The position numbers and the translations under genes are program-made. The notes under the pieces were generated by a model. That model saw only the letters and a list, made by a program, of their open reading frames with translations, was not told the origin of the DNA and searched no databases. This document shows, piece by piece, positions 31,460 through 64,000 of a DNA stretch of 64,000 bases; position 1 is the stretch's first letter; every line of letters begins with the position of its first letter. The stretch comes from Octopus sinensis (Eukaryota), in assembly GCF_006345805.1 (NCBI RefSeq), contig NC_043007.1, positions 64,480,001-64,544,000 on the forward strand, in the 5' to 3' direction.

Positions 31460-34400
31460 TAGATAGATAGATATAAATATAAATTCACCTCAAATTCAAT
31501 AAAGCTTTCTTACATATAGACAAAATCAGAAATAGCCAACTGATAAACTATGAGAATATTCATTCAATTTAATCTTGGTGAATGCAAAATTATTAAGCTC
31601 CAATCAATGGTTACAACATACCTGAAGAATTTATGCTAGAGTAAAAACGCAATCCACAACAGAGCAATGATTACAGGCTTAATTGCAAATAGAAAGTAGA
31701 ATCCAACCTTTCTATGACTAAAATAAAACAAAACGTTCTGTATACCAGAAAGTAGAATAAATATATACTAACATTTTATGAGTTTATCAAACATAATTAA
31801 ATTGTTTAAATCTAGAACTTTTTTTAAAGAATTAAAAAAAGACTTTTTTGCATTTGGTTTAGTGCAAAAATATGTAGGAAACTATGTGCATTTTATTCAT
31901 CAAAATTAGGCAGAAAAATGAAAAAGCTAACTCAGATATTTGAAACTATTTTAGATTTTGGTTTATGTCTTGAAACCCTTTCTAGGTTTGGATAAGGAAG
32001 GAAAACAAACAAAAAACCAAAACAAAATAAAACAAGCTTTTTATAATTATTCTGTCATTTCTATGTCTCTGGATGAGACATAGCCCCCCCCATTTCCCAA
32101 GCTATTGGAAATTAATAAATTCATTCTCAAATTTGAAATTAAAAAAGTTATATATGAATGATTATAAATTTTTCTCTTTATAAAAGCAATGAAGAATTTG
32201 ATATCATTGAGTAATTCTGGAAAAGATGTGATGAAGGTGATAAAATAACAAAATAGTTTCATGTGTAAAAGATTCTAAAATAGCAAAACAGAAAAAATTT
32301 GTGGAAAGTTTGTTCATATAGCAACATAAAGCAAGAAACCTCACTGCAAACAATGTGACCTGATGGTGTATTGTATGACAAACTTCTTTGTTACACAGAA
32401 TTGGTGTAATATCCTTCTCAGCTAATGAAGTATAGATTCATTTATATAGTTCAATGAATGAATATTATGGAAAAAAAGAAAAAAAACCCTTTCAATGCCA
32501 ATATTGTCTGTGTTTCTTTCATACAGTTTATATTCATTTAATTGACCTAGATGAAAAATTGCAGTTTTGCATAGATTTTAGAAAGACATAGCCATAGAAA
32601 CAAAGGCAACAGTGAGTACTGGAAAATAGAGCCAGAAACTACACACCACATGCTAAGCAGATGTACCTGGATGATATAGCCTTATCAAAATTTAAGCAAA
32701 AACATACACTTTGAAAGTTTGAGGTAATCTAGTTGTTGTTTTTAAGTAAAACCAAGAGCTGATATATCTTTTATATAGATATTATTTAAAGGATATCATA
32801 TATCTATTGTTTTCCTAAAATATATTGTAATGATAACTTAAATATTTAATCTTAAGTGATTCATGAGTTGACTAGTTGAGCTGAGAGCGAGATGTGTTGT
32901 GAAATTATAAACTAAGCAGGGAAAGAATAATCTTGATTGGTATTTGAAATGAGAAATTTTTAAATACTAATTAACATTCTTAATTGTTTGGAGGATAGAA
33001 AATTAAAGAATATTTTGCTGAATTTCAATTAGATTGAATAACCAAATAATATCATTTACCTTTTAGGATAGTTATTTCAATATCTAGTTGTAGAAAATGC
33101 AGTTTATAATTTATTTTTGTCTTTGTAAATACCATAGCACAAACTCTCTATTTAAATAGACAGTGTGGTGCTGGAATTAGCTTAGCCAAAATTATAATAA
33201 ATGACTCAAAATTATTACCAAGTGCAGTTAGTTAAGATTTTAGATTATTCCTTAAAAATAATATATTAAGCAAAATGGGTAATGTCCAAGAGTCAGTCAC
33301 TTATTCACATGATGTCAGTTATATAATTAGTACTATTATTATTCATTCATAGTGTCAGTAAAGAACAATTGGACATATTAGAAGTGAAGGAAGAGAGTCC
33401 CTTACATTGGTGACTTTGATGGTGTTAACAACAACAATGTTGTTAGTGTTAACAACAACAATGGAATATGAACATTGACAAAAACAAATTTGCTAACAGT
33501 CAACACTTTGACATGGCGTCTGGTAGACAAAACCTAATGTCAAATCTTTTGACAATGCAGATAGATACTTCTTTGGTACTTTACATCATTAGCTGTGTCA
33601 TTACCAGACAGAGTAGTTGATGAAGTCGGCAGTAATAGCAGACATGTGGAAACTGGTCAGCAGCTCTACAAACAGTGAAGCAATAGAGGGTGGGACGGAG
33701 GGTATTATATGGTTGTTAAGGCAAAGTGGTCAAATAATGAAGGGTTTACAAGCTTTAATGATATTCAGTGTGGGCATTGCAATATCTCTACACACAACCT
33801 CTGCATATTATGTGCAAAGTTCTTAGGCACTAGATAACAGTGATAAAATCACTTCCTTTTAAAAACAACAACAACAAAATACCAAGGAAACCTTAGGAAT
33901 TACACAGTATGCTTGAAGGAGAGTAGGGGAAGGCTAACTATAAGTGAGAAAAACAAATACATAATTAAACGTTGAAATTTTAGTTAAATCTTGTTAAAAT
34001 TAAATTTGTAGGCATTTAATCTATATCATTTAAAGATAGATATAGCTCACCTTTATGTCTAATGTTTCAAATTACAAAACCTCCATTTTTCTGTGTGACT
34101 TAAGATTTAAGCAAAAACTTTTCATTATCTATATAAAAATAATTACATAATAGCAAGTATAAATTACAAATGAAAAAAGTAATTTTCTATTTGATGTCAA
34201 AGTGTATCATTAACAGTTAAAAACAATTAGAATTAAGAAATTAAATTCTTCATGTTCGATAAATCAACAAACTTAAAAACAATGAAAGTTTTCCCATATT
34301 TTTAATCAGGGAGCATGTCAGTTTCTGTGTGGGTAGGGTGAAATATAAGAAAAAGTTTGAAAGAAGTCTTTGACTGGATGTTGAATTCTAAAGTCCTCAT

Positions 34401-35651
34401 GTAGGTAAATATAATAGTTTATATTCCTCCCCATATTTGATATCTTGGTAAGCCCTATCTATACATTGATAACTTGTATGAATATTCCATTATATCAATT
34501 GTTTTCATTGTGTTCCATTCTATTCATAATTCTCATATTGTTAAGTGAAAGTTTATTAACTATACTAAGATCTGATGCTGATAACTGATATTAACATCAT
34601 CTTTCTTAGCAAAAAACAATGAAATGAATAAAACTTAGTTTAAAATGTAACCTTTATTAAATAATAATGAGTTAATTTTATTTCAATGTTTTATTAGCTA
34701 CTTAAAAGACAGTAGCTAAAACTTCTTTAATTCCTTTATTTCACTTAATTAATCCTTAAAACTGTTCAGGATGTATCTTTTAAACTTTGCAATGCCAGAT
34801 TCTGCACTTTTCAAATCTTTTATGATGTTAAGAGGATGTAAGGAGAAAAATATGAACAAATAAATTCCAAAATATTTAGAATTATGAAGATGCTTTGCAC
34901 TTGTCTTATAATGAATAAGTTTTTCTTCCTCCTTTTACCTCTCCATTTAATTAATGCTATTTTTTCTTGTCTCATTTTTTTAAAGGTAAATGTAAATAAC
35001 GACAGGGAATAAATTGCTTTCCCAAACTATTAGAGAAAAAAAACATTTTAAAAATTGAAATGGAATGACTCAAAACACCATGATACATCTGAATTGGAAC
35101 CATATTTTTGGACTATTTAAAATCAATGAGAATAGAGAACATTAGTAAATATCTAGCAGAAAGAGTATGCATACATGTCTAGTAGTAGTAATAAAACTGA
35201 TAACAATGAAGGATATTGCAAGTACAATTCTGTGTAAATAAAAGAGGAAAAATTTAGATGAACAAAAAAAACAGAAAAAAGATTTTAACCAAAAAGCAAT
35301 AATTGTAAAAATATAACAACAGTACATTTGTAGTAGTAGTAGTTGTGGTTGTTGTTGTTTCTGTAGTAATATTGGCAATATTCACAAAGTTTAGGTGCTG
35401 TTACCAATTAAATAAGTTTCTTTGAAATTGATATAAATGATAAATATATCTTTACTGTAGTTTCAGAAGTTTGTGTAGAATAAAGTCATGTTGAATTCTT
35501 GCACAAAAGAGTCTAAACAAACAGCTAAACAAACAATAATGCAAATACAAGTATAAATTACCAAAATGGGAAAAAATTGAGTAAAACAGTTAAGTCTTAG
35601 ATAGAATTAAGTAAAAATAAAAATTTCTCAAAAGATAATTCATGTAACATA

Positions 35652-35682
<31 letters not shown>

Positions 35683-35945
35683 GTGATTTCCATATATTCT
35701 TTTATTCAGTAATGCTATGAGAATTATTTCATTTCTATGCGAAGATATACAGCATGGCAACATTTGTGAAGCTGCAAATGTATGAAATGCAGTGAAGAAA
35801 CAAAACAGTTAAAATTTAACATGTCATGACTGTTGTAAGACATAAGTTTTACAGATATTGTTGTTGCCTGTGGTTGATCATACATATTTATGTAAGAGTG
35901 TGCACATGGGAATGTGTATGTATGTGTGTATATGTATACACACAC

Positions 35946-36000
<55 letters not shown>

Positions 36001-36128
36001 GTATGTATAGTATACTTTTAAGTATATATATATATATACACACACATACATACATACATACATACATATACATACACACACTTATATATATGCATATATT
36101 TGTGTAATTTTGTGTGAAAATGTATGAA

Positions 36129-36168
<40 letters not shown>

Positions 36169-39100
36169 AATATGTACACACACACATATGTATGCAAGTG
36201 TGCATGGGTGTGGATGTGTATATGTGGTGTCTGTACTAGGTTGACAAAGGCAAAAATGTTTTATGAGCTGTTATATTTCTCTTCCCTATGTATATATGTT
36301 TGTGTGTGTATATATAAATATATATATATATATGTATACACACACACACACACATACATATGTATGTACTCATACAAATATTTATGTATATATGCATGTA
36401 CATACAAAAGGAACAGGTAATGGATGTGAAAATTGTTGCTAGGAGCTGCATGAGAGGCTGTGTAAAACATAACAAAGAAAAGTTGAGCATTAATTAATTA
36501 GTATAATAACTGTTATTGTTGTCATTAACATTATTGTTTGTACTACTATTATTATTATTATTGTTGTTGTTGTTGTTGTTTTGTCATAATTTATGTAGTT
36601 TAAATAGAAGTATTAGTATTAGTATATCATGCTTGGAGGGTGGTATGGGTAGTTATGAGAGAGTTAGCATGGAAGGGACATGTGTTGGTTGTCAACCTCC
36701 TTTGCTCTCTCTCTCAGCTCACTCCCCATTTGTCTGCTCACTCTTACATTATAGATATTCTTCACGGGGTATTTTTTTACATCTAAATTATTTAGCTATC
36801 CTTCCATTTGTTTTGTTTTCTTTTTTTTCAGCAATACTAGTAAGAAGCTTCATACATACCCTTGAATATGCCAGCAAAAATAAGAAAAATAATTATATAT
36901 ATATGTTGATATATATATATATATATTTTTGTTTTTGAATGAAAGAAGTTAGAAAAAATTGAGATAGACAGAAAGGAAAAAAATTACTCATGGCAAAATA
37001 GTAGCTTAATGCAGGGTCAGTCTACTCAAAAAGTAAATAATAGCCAAAGGCACGGCAGCAAAGAACCTAGGAAGAAGCAGCACGCATGGCTAAGGACATT
37101 GTTTTGAGTAGTACTGAGGGATTGCTCAAGGTTAGTTATGTTTTAAGACATTAACAACTGGTAATTTCAATGAAAGATAGCGGCATTGTAACTATGAACC
37201 CAGTGCAAGATCAACATTATATTTATTGTATTATGTAATCATAAATCTGTTAAAATTCTTGCATAACTGTACAATAAATTATTTGATTACAGTTTCATAG
37301 ATATAGATTTTGTTTTACTCTCTCTCCAATATGAAGTTGTATGGAATATTTAAAGCTTTGTTTTTTACTTTCATATGATCTCTACCAACACACTCATACA
37401 TCCTCCCTATCTCTTTATTCTTGTTGGTTATTATTCAAAATTTCTTACCAATATTGAGATTTAGGTACTGTTCTATATTATTTCACTTGCTCTTAGACCA
37501 GTGTGGTGTGATCATATGGTAACTGTCATATTCCTGAGTCATTTATCATATAGTAACCATTATTGCAATGGTCTGTGGTATATATAGTCACCATCTATCT
37601 GAAGGCATCTATTACATTGTAATTGTCATAGCCGTGGGATACTTAGTATGTCAGTCAAGTCATTGGTTGGCAATTAGTGTCATGTTTATCATTATCATTT
37701 AAGAAATTAACATTTTTAAAAAAGGGTTTTAATTCTATCAGTCACTCACTGATTGCGTCTTCTGCTTTTCAAAGCATTGACTTATCTCGATTTCGCGGAG
37801 CTATTCCCGCTTGCCATTTTCTTTTCAGTATATATTTCTTTCATAGTTTTGGGCTGCCCTTTGATTTTGGTTGGATAACATTTCATACATTTTGGATACA
37901 TCGTTTTAAGCTCTTTTAGCAACTTTCATACTTCTAAAGCCTCTAAAAGATATAAATCATAGACATACACCATTACTAATATGTTGCATTCTCTTTTACA
38001 GTAGGTTCATTAATGGTTGAACTATTAAGGTAAAATATTCCATTTTGTTTGTTTTCTATATTTTGTACTTTGTATTGATTTGATTTGTTTTTTTATCTCA
38101 TGAAGAGTAATTCTCCATCTTTATTCTTGTAGTTTGGTGTTTCCTCAACTTTGGACAGTTAGAAACATTTGGCAAAGAAAAATGCTCAAATATTAATTGG
38201 TCATAAATAATAACAAGAATTCATCTCTGTTCAATGTAAAGTTGAACAGCTCATGTTGATCATTAACTTTCAGAAGATTTTTTGCTTCCTTTATTTAAGA
38301 ACATTTACAATACCGCTATGTCACAGAATCACCAGACTAATGCCTCAATTTCATATATATATTTTGCAATATGTGACACAACAACCAATGAAAGGAGATT
38401 GTATTGAGCTATTTCAGCATGAGGACAAAAAGCAGGGTTTTGGAATTTTTGGCGAATCATACACACTGCATGGAATTTGGCTACCCCAATACGGACTACT
38501 TATAATGTAGCAATTAAATATATAATTATTCTGAGTATGTGATATAAATTCAAATGCAATATCCATGAAATTCGATTCACTTTTATGAAATGTAAAACGA
38601 ATTTGCATTATATGAACGTGTCAACTGAAATGAATATATTTCATGGGATTCTTTGAATAAATAGCAGATAATTTTTTAAATTTGGCATTTAAAAAATTCA
38701 AATTTACTTTTCTACAATAAACAATTTCCGTAGATTCTAAAATCAGATCTTAATTAGTATGTAAAGTAATTACATCATTTAAAATTAAAGGAAAATATAT
38801 TACATATAAAGCAACACGCATGTACACACAGCAATACACACAAAACTAGGTTTTTCTTATAATTTTGATGTATTTTAGAATAATTTTAATGTGGGCAAAT
38901 ATAAATCTTTATTCTTTTGCTCATTAAATATTCATGATTAATACTTCTTCCAAGTTAACTCTCAAGAAATTCTTTGGGATTTTGGGAAAATCTTGTGAAC
39001 AAAACATTGAAATAAATATTACTTATATGCATGTACACACACACGCACGCACACACACACACACACACTCACACACACACAGAAACACACACACACAAAC

Positions 39101-40451
39101 ACATACACATAAATATATAATATACACACACACATATTTACATACATAGATGTAAATATATGAGACAGTGATATACTTATATCCATATGTATATGTAGAT
39201 ATATATATATTCATATATATAAGTAGATATATATCCATATATATAAGTAGATATATATCCATATATAGATTAATATATTCCATATATATATATGTTTATT
39301 CTACGGAAATATTTTTAGTAGTTTTGTATTGTTTCAAGATCTGTAACTCAGTTTTAGAAATTTCAACTAAGTTTAAGATCTTGCATTAATTATATTTCTA
39401 AATTAGTTACATGTTTTAGGTACTAATATCTCATACTCGCAGGGCAGACTGATTGGCCGATCAGAAGTACCAACCAGCGATGAGGTAGCCAAACCCCACT
39501 AAGCTTTATCTAGTGGGGAATTCATTCAGGTAAAACCTGAGTTATAACAGGGTCTTCAAGTGTAGGCGAACGACATGGGTCTTGAGATGCAGGCAACAAT
39601 TGGGTCTTCATATACAAGCAATAAGTTATTAAAGTAGCAAGCAAATACTTTTCATTGATAACATACAAAATTGACTTAAGTAGAATACAAATAAGTGGAA
39701 GACAGAAAGCTAAATACCAACAAATACTAAAATAAAAATTGCAAGATAAATATAGGCCTTATAGGAATGGCATCTTATAATTTTTTTTTTGTACATGTAT
39801 TTCACAGAATTAACTCTGGCTAGTTAGTTATAAAAACCATACAAGCAAGCAGACTCATTTTTTTTAAACCTTTTTCATTATTATTTTGTTAAAATTCCCT
39901 ACCTGAGAAGTGATTATTTTACTATTATTATTTTCCTTGAAGTGCAAACTGGCAGTTAAAAATTTTGAGAAGAATACTTTTGATGTAAAAAAAAAAGTCT
40001 AGTAGTTATGTAGAATAACTGCCAATATGTTATTGGCTAATTGACTATGCATAAGTATGCAGACATATATACACATTTACATGACTGTATGCATGATATA
40101 TAAATGCATACTCAACATTATATGTATGTGTGTAGACATGTATATATTTCTTTTTTTTTACAGTAGCAGTTAATTTGGCAGGGATTTTTTAATATTCAAG
40201 ATGAATGTAAAATCTGGACATTGTCAAAGATATAAAGAAAATGTATATGCTACAATATAGAAAATATTTAGGAAATGTTTGCTGATATAAAAAAAAAACA
40301 ACTTTTTAACTTTAGTTAAGTAGAGTTATTTTAAAACATTTTTTTACCAAGCCAGAGCAGATTAAGAAATAAAAAAAAAACTTTTTCATGCGGTATAAGC
40401 AAAGATTGTACAAATAAACTTAGTTTTAATTATTAGGAATTAGAGAAATTA

Positions 40452-40494
<43 letters not shown>

Positions 40495-40599
40495 GCATAC
40501 ACACACACACACACACACACAGATACACATGTTTTTTTTTTACCCACGTGAAGAACTAATTACAATGATAGTGAGCAGACTGAGTGCTTTAATGAGATA

Positions 40600-41261
40600 A
40601 AAATCTCAATATATTATTATTTTGAAAAAAAAAAAAAAAATTGTGTTTTTGCCCAGATCAAAACAGATGCTCAGAAAGTGACTGTTCAGAGAAGGCCGCC
40701 TGTACAAGCCATCCTGAGCATATTTCGTCACCAGGTATGCATGCGGAAAAAAAAAATGAAAATATAACAAAAAAAATGCAGTGATGAGCTGTCAGGTTTA
40801 AAAGATGATAAATTTGCATTTTTAAATTAAAAAAAAACCCACCCCCCAACATTTTGAAAAAAAAAACAACAAAGCTTGAAAGACTTTATAAAAGCAAATG
40901 CTGTCGAGCTGGCACTGCGCTGTCAGGTCAGCTCGTCATATATGAAGAAAGCACAGCCGGCTGTTATCGCAACCATTCATTGTTCTTCCGTATCCCTCCA
41001 CCGAGTTTCTCCTTCTCCTCCTCCTCCTCCTCCTCCTCCCCGTGCAGTGTATCTTTTAAGTGTTTGTCTTTTTTTATGGAGCTGCTTGTTCTGTATTCTT
41101 TCCATGCTTTTTTTTCTCACCACCTAGCACCCTCAAACTGCTCACAAAGGATAGGGGCTCCTGAATTGCTTTGGAGAAATTTTCTTTTTGTTCCATTTTT
41201 CTGCTGCTGTTCAATTGCAGAAATGGAATTAGGTAGAAAGAAACTGAGCAGGTGCTTGGAG

Positions 41262-41322
<61 letters not shown>

Positions 41323-41584
41323 TATATACACACACACACACGTGTGTGTGTGTGCATGTGTCTGTGTGTTTGAGTGTGTGTGTGTATGTATTTATACATA
41401 CACATGCACGCACATGTATATGCAAATATGTATATATGCAAATATCAATGTGTATGTATATATATATTGTATATATATTATATCAAATACATATATATAT
41501 TATATATCATGTATATATATATATATATATATATATAGCTTACGCAGTCTGCAAGCTGTTGTTATAAATATCAAAAGCACTGCT
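40600..41584 (-). other. Proximal 3' UTR of Nav1 (distal end not determinable)
   Basis: Directly follows the stop codon; (TA)n/(CA)n block then mixed non-coding sequence; many AATAAA-like hexamers so the cleavage site cannot be placed. Confidence 0.55.
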
Positions 41585-60973
<19,389 letters not shown>

Positions 60974-61629
60974 CTATAAGAATGATACAATATTTAATAA
61001 ATTATCAACATTATATCATAAAACAAAGGATAACAATTAAAAGGTTATTCCATATAATGAAATACTGAGTAAATTAGAAAAATCTAACTTAAAACAAATA
61101 TATAAAGAAACAGATATATGTAATTATTAAACAGTAAATATTAGAATGTTGAATAAACTGTAAACATATATCACAAATATATCAAAGACAGTTTACATTA
61201 ACGAAAATCATGTAAGCAAGTTTGTTTTAAAAATTTAGTTTATATATGTGTGTGTGTGTGTGTGTGTGAAGGCATTTTGCAATAATTGAGGTCTTGGGTT
61301 TGTTACCAGTATGTTATATCTTAAGCCTAAGTGTCTTCAATCTTAGCTTTGGGTTGAGTGAAATTTAGTAGAGGGACACTATGTGGAAGCTTGTCAGATG
61401 AACTGTATCTAAAATTCATGAGAACCAACCTCATCACAGTGTCATACTGATTTTGTCAAATGATAACGTTAAGGGATCAAGGTTCTAGGAAACATTCAAC
61501 TACTTATAGTGTAATAAGGTAGCTGAATTAATCAAATACCTAGAATACTTCTCAGTAAAACCAATGGATGATCCATTTTCTTCACTTTACTATAATATGT
61601 ATATATATATTTCTGTGAAACATCAGTTA

Positions 61630-62720
61630 TTTCCTAATATTATATTTTACTTCAGATATTATTTTGAAAGGTTTCAACAACCTGCTACATGACAGTAGGC
61701 ATCTTAGTACAGCTTTTTGAAAGAGTGTGTAGTGATGGAGTAGACCCCAAATTGCTTTCCTATTGAAAGCTTTCTTGAAGTTAAACTTAGGAAGAAAAAG
61801 AAACTCATTTCTGTGACTATGCAATGTTTATCTGGTGTGTAAGAATATAGTCAATGCAGGACTTGTCATTCATAAATCTTACTTGCTCTGCATGTTCAAT
61901 GGCATTGTTTCAAACTCTCAAGGATGGTCCTTGTGAATACCTTGCTGGATATTGATAGAAACATAATACCACATCAGTTTATGCACTAGCTAAGATTTTT
62001 CTTTTTGTTTTGATAGTTTTACAAGGTAGCTTTCCTTTCACTGTGTGTACTTTGCTTTCCCTCCCTACATTCTGTAGTATGGATGTAGAAAATTGGCAGT
62101 TGTGTTGATATCTGCTTTCAAAGTTTCAGGTACTCTATCATGTGGGCCTGCTGCTTATCTGTTTGCAACAACTATTGGGTTTTATCATTTCATCCTTTAC
62201 AGGAATGTCTACTATTGTAAACAGTTGTCTTAAAAGCGATTGACTAGGTGATGCATCAAACTATGTACACCAAGCACATAATAGGTACAAGAGTAGACGC
62301 TAGGATCTAGAATTTGCAAATGACACTTGCCTAACAATCCAGAAAGTTCAAAGCACACAGGAAAAACCAAAACCAAAAAAAAAAATGTAGACAAGTGAGC
62401 AGAAATACTAGTAAAAACTGAATGGAGGGTTTGACAGATAAAAATCATAAAAATTCAAAGTGATGACTCCAGTTCTCTCATGGTTAAAGATCACATGTTG
62501 CATAAGTGTGGTCTCTGCATCTTGAAGTTTAGAGAAGTATAAAGAAGGACAGTGGATTGAGATTTGAAAAGGTGAGTTAAGTTTTCAACATTTAAAGCCA
62601 GTCTATACGACATAGGCTCTTCTTTCTCTATTAAGCTAAGAATTTTCAACAGCAATGTCAAATCCTTCCTACTATATAGTGTTAAGTTATGAAGGCCAAT
62701 ATCTTCAGAAAGCACCAACC
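61630..62720 (-). mobile_element. Heavily decayed LINE RT remnants
   Basis: FNFKKAFNRKAIWGLLHHY (DFxKAFD-like) and weak post-YADD-like segments. Confidence 0.4.
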
Positions 62721-62929
62721 ATTCATGAACAAGGACCTAAAAAGCAACCTAAACATTAGATATCCAGAAATTGCGAGCAACAAAAGTCCCCAAACCAAAA
62801 TCAAGCCGGAATACCTTGGCCATTGAACAGTGAGATGTAAGTGGAGAAGTATGCCATATGTTTAGAAGAACAGAGAAATATTTGGCTAGGCAAACTTCAG
62901 ATGAGAAAAGAAAGGAATGCTGTCTGAGG

Positions 62930-63105
62930 ATCACCTGGGAAAGATCAGTAGGAGAGGACTGTGGAGTGGTTGGTGTTAGGAAGGGTATCCAGCCCTAAAA
63001 ACCATGCCAAAACAGACACAGAAGCATGGTGCAAGCTCCTGCCTAGCCAGCTCCAACCCATGCCAACAGGGGAGGAGGATGTTAAACAATGATAATGATG
63101 GTGAC
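62930..63105 (+). mobile_element. RTE-type 3' terminus (LINE or SINE tail)
   Basis: gtggttggtgttaggaagggtatccagcc..ccaacccatgcca..gatgttaaacaatgataatgatg; reverse equivalent of 4361-4530 and 53526-53700. Confidence 0.7.
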
Positions 63106-63937
63106 ATATATAAACTTGAATGGTATATTAATTTCACTAAACCCTATTAAAGAGATAGGTAAAATTGTTGTTATACACACAGTATATCCTGGAAATTTTA
63201 CTGGTAGACAAGCATTTGTAAAACAAAATGAATGAAGTAATAGTCAACATTATTTACAAATTGGAACTTTCAAATATTACACAACACATATAAAAGATGA
63301 TTTGAATTAGCCATTTTCTAATCAATAAAAACAGCATTATCTTGTGATTGAACAAATGAACTCTTTTATCTACTTGAATCTTATGCAAATAACCCTCACT
63401 TAACTCTACTTTGTAGCTAAAATTCACCTGAAGTTGTACTTAGTAATTATTTCTTATCTTCTACTCCTTTCCTTTAAACCATCAGTTCTACTTCTAAGCA
63501 ATGATTGCTCCATTGTTTATCTGTCTGCACTTGGATTTCCTTGCAAGATTGCATTAATGGGTTTATCCGTTTTTTATATAATTAATTGTATATATTTTGT
63601 TTTTATGTGTTTATAAATATGTGTGTATATATGTGCATGTATTTATGTCAGTGAGCACATGCATATAGCCATACATGTGTGCATGTGTTTGTGTGTATAT
63701 GTGTGTTTGTGCGTGTGTATGTATGTGTGTGTTTGTCTGTGATGATAATACCTGAAATAAAAATCATAATTTGATAAAAAGATATAATTGTTTTTACTTT
63801 TATATGTGGTAATAGTAATTTCGCATACATGGACACATTTATTCTTTTTATCTCTGTTAAAATGAACTACAGTGCATTATACACAGGTAACTACAGCATA
63901 TGTGTATGCATATATATATACTATATATATATATATA

Positions 63938-64000
63938 GTGGAAGCCAATGGCCCAGTGGTTTCGGGCATCGGACTCGCTGTGTAGGATCACGGTTCGATC
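63938..64000 (+). mobile_element. 5' head of a tRNA-derived SINE, cut by the window edge
   Basis: A box tggcccagtgg (63949-63959), B box ggttcgatc (63992-64000), no proper cloverleaf. Confidence 0.65.

Noticed and set aside
39475-39525. Hammerhead-like arrangement gcgatgag..aaacccc..gggg
   Set aside because: Core deviates from CUGANGA and GAAA, no U-H after stem III, and no stem I complement on either strand.
40905-40935. SECIS-like hairpin in the Nav1 3' UTR (AUGA-cgagcug...cagcucg-A) after a TGA stop
   Set aside because: The 7-bp stem consumes the G needed for the tandem G.A quartet and the apical loop has no AA; it is just a short hairpin.
40854-41567. 237-aa plus-strand ORF
   Set aside because: Antisense to the Nav1 3' UTR, built largely from (TCC)n, (TA)n and (TG)n repeats, no recognisable domain.
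63421-63560. Donor-like CAG|GTGAAT at 63427 (minus) as the missing upstream Nav1 exon
   Set aside because: All three frames upstream contain stops and none resembles the expected WW..C..IVEH..ILLSS DIII S1 peptide; that exon lies beyond the window.
63938-64000. Possible tRNA gene (also 2470-2548)
   Set aside because: A and B boxes are present but no acceptor, D or anticodon stems form; SINE-type heads.

Overview
AT-rich (roughly one-third GC by eye), microsatellite-dense eukaryotic genomic DNA; the repeat landscape and the channel sequence point to a coleoid cephalopod, probably an octopus (inference). One host gene is present: the last eight coding exons of a Nav1-type voltage-gated sodium channel alpha subunit on the minus strand (60973 to 41585). 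They cover domain III S1 end to the C-terminus (744 aa plus stop) and include the selectivity-filter K (DIII) and A (DIV), the MFM inactivation motif, and IQ and PY motifs. One intron has a GC donor. The introns hold three decayed mariners, a hAT MITE, RTE LINE remnants (one with a 5' inversion), SINEs and a perfect 31-bp hairpin. Bases 1-12500 are a nest of R4/Dong-like restriction-endonuclease LINEs inserted in (AAT)n arrays, with SINEs, an unclassified ~550-bp repeat, an RTE remnant and a nested Penelope-like element with inverted ends and decayed hammerhead-like cores. Bases 12500-41500 are mostly non-coding: SINEs, a MITE, long compound microsatellites and the channel 3' UTR. All calls were made by eye; no database search was run.
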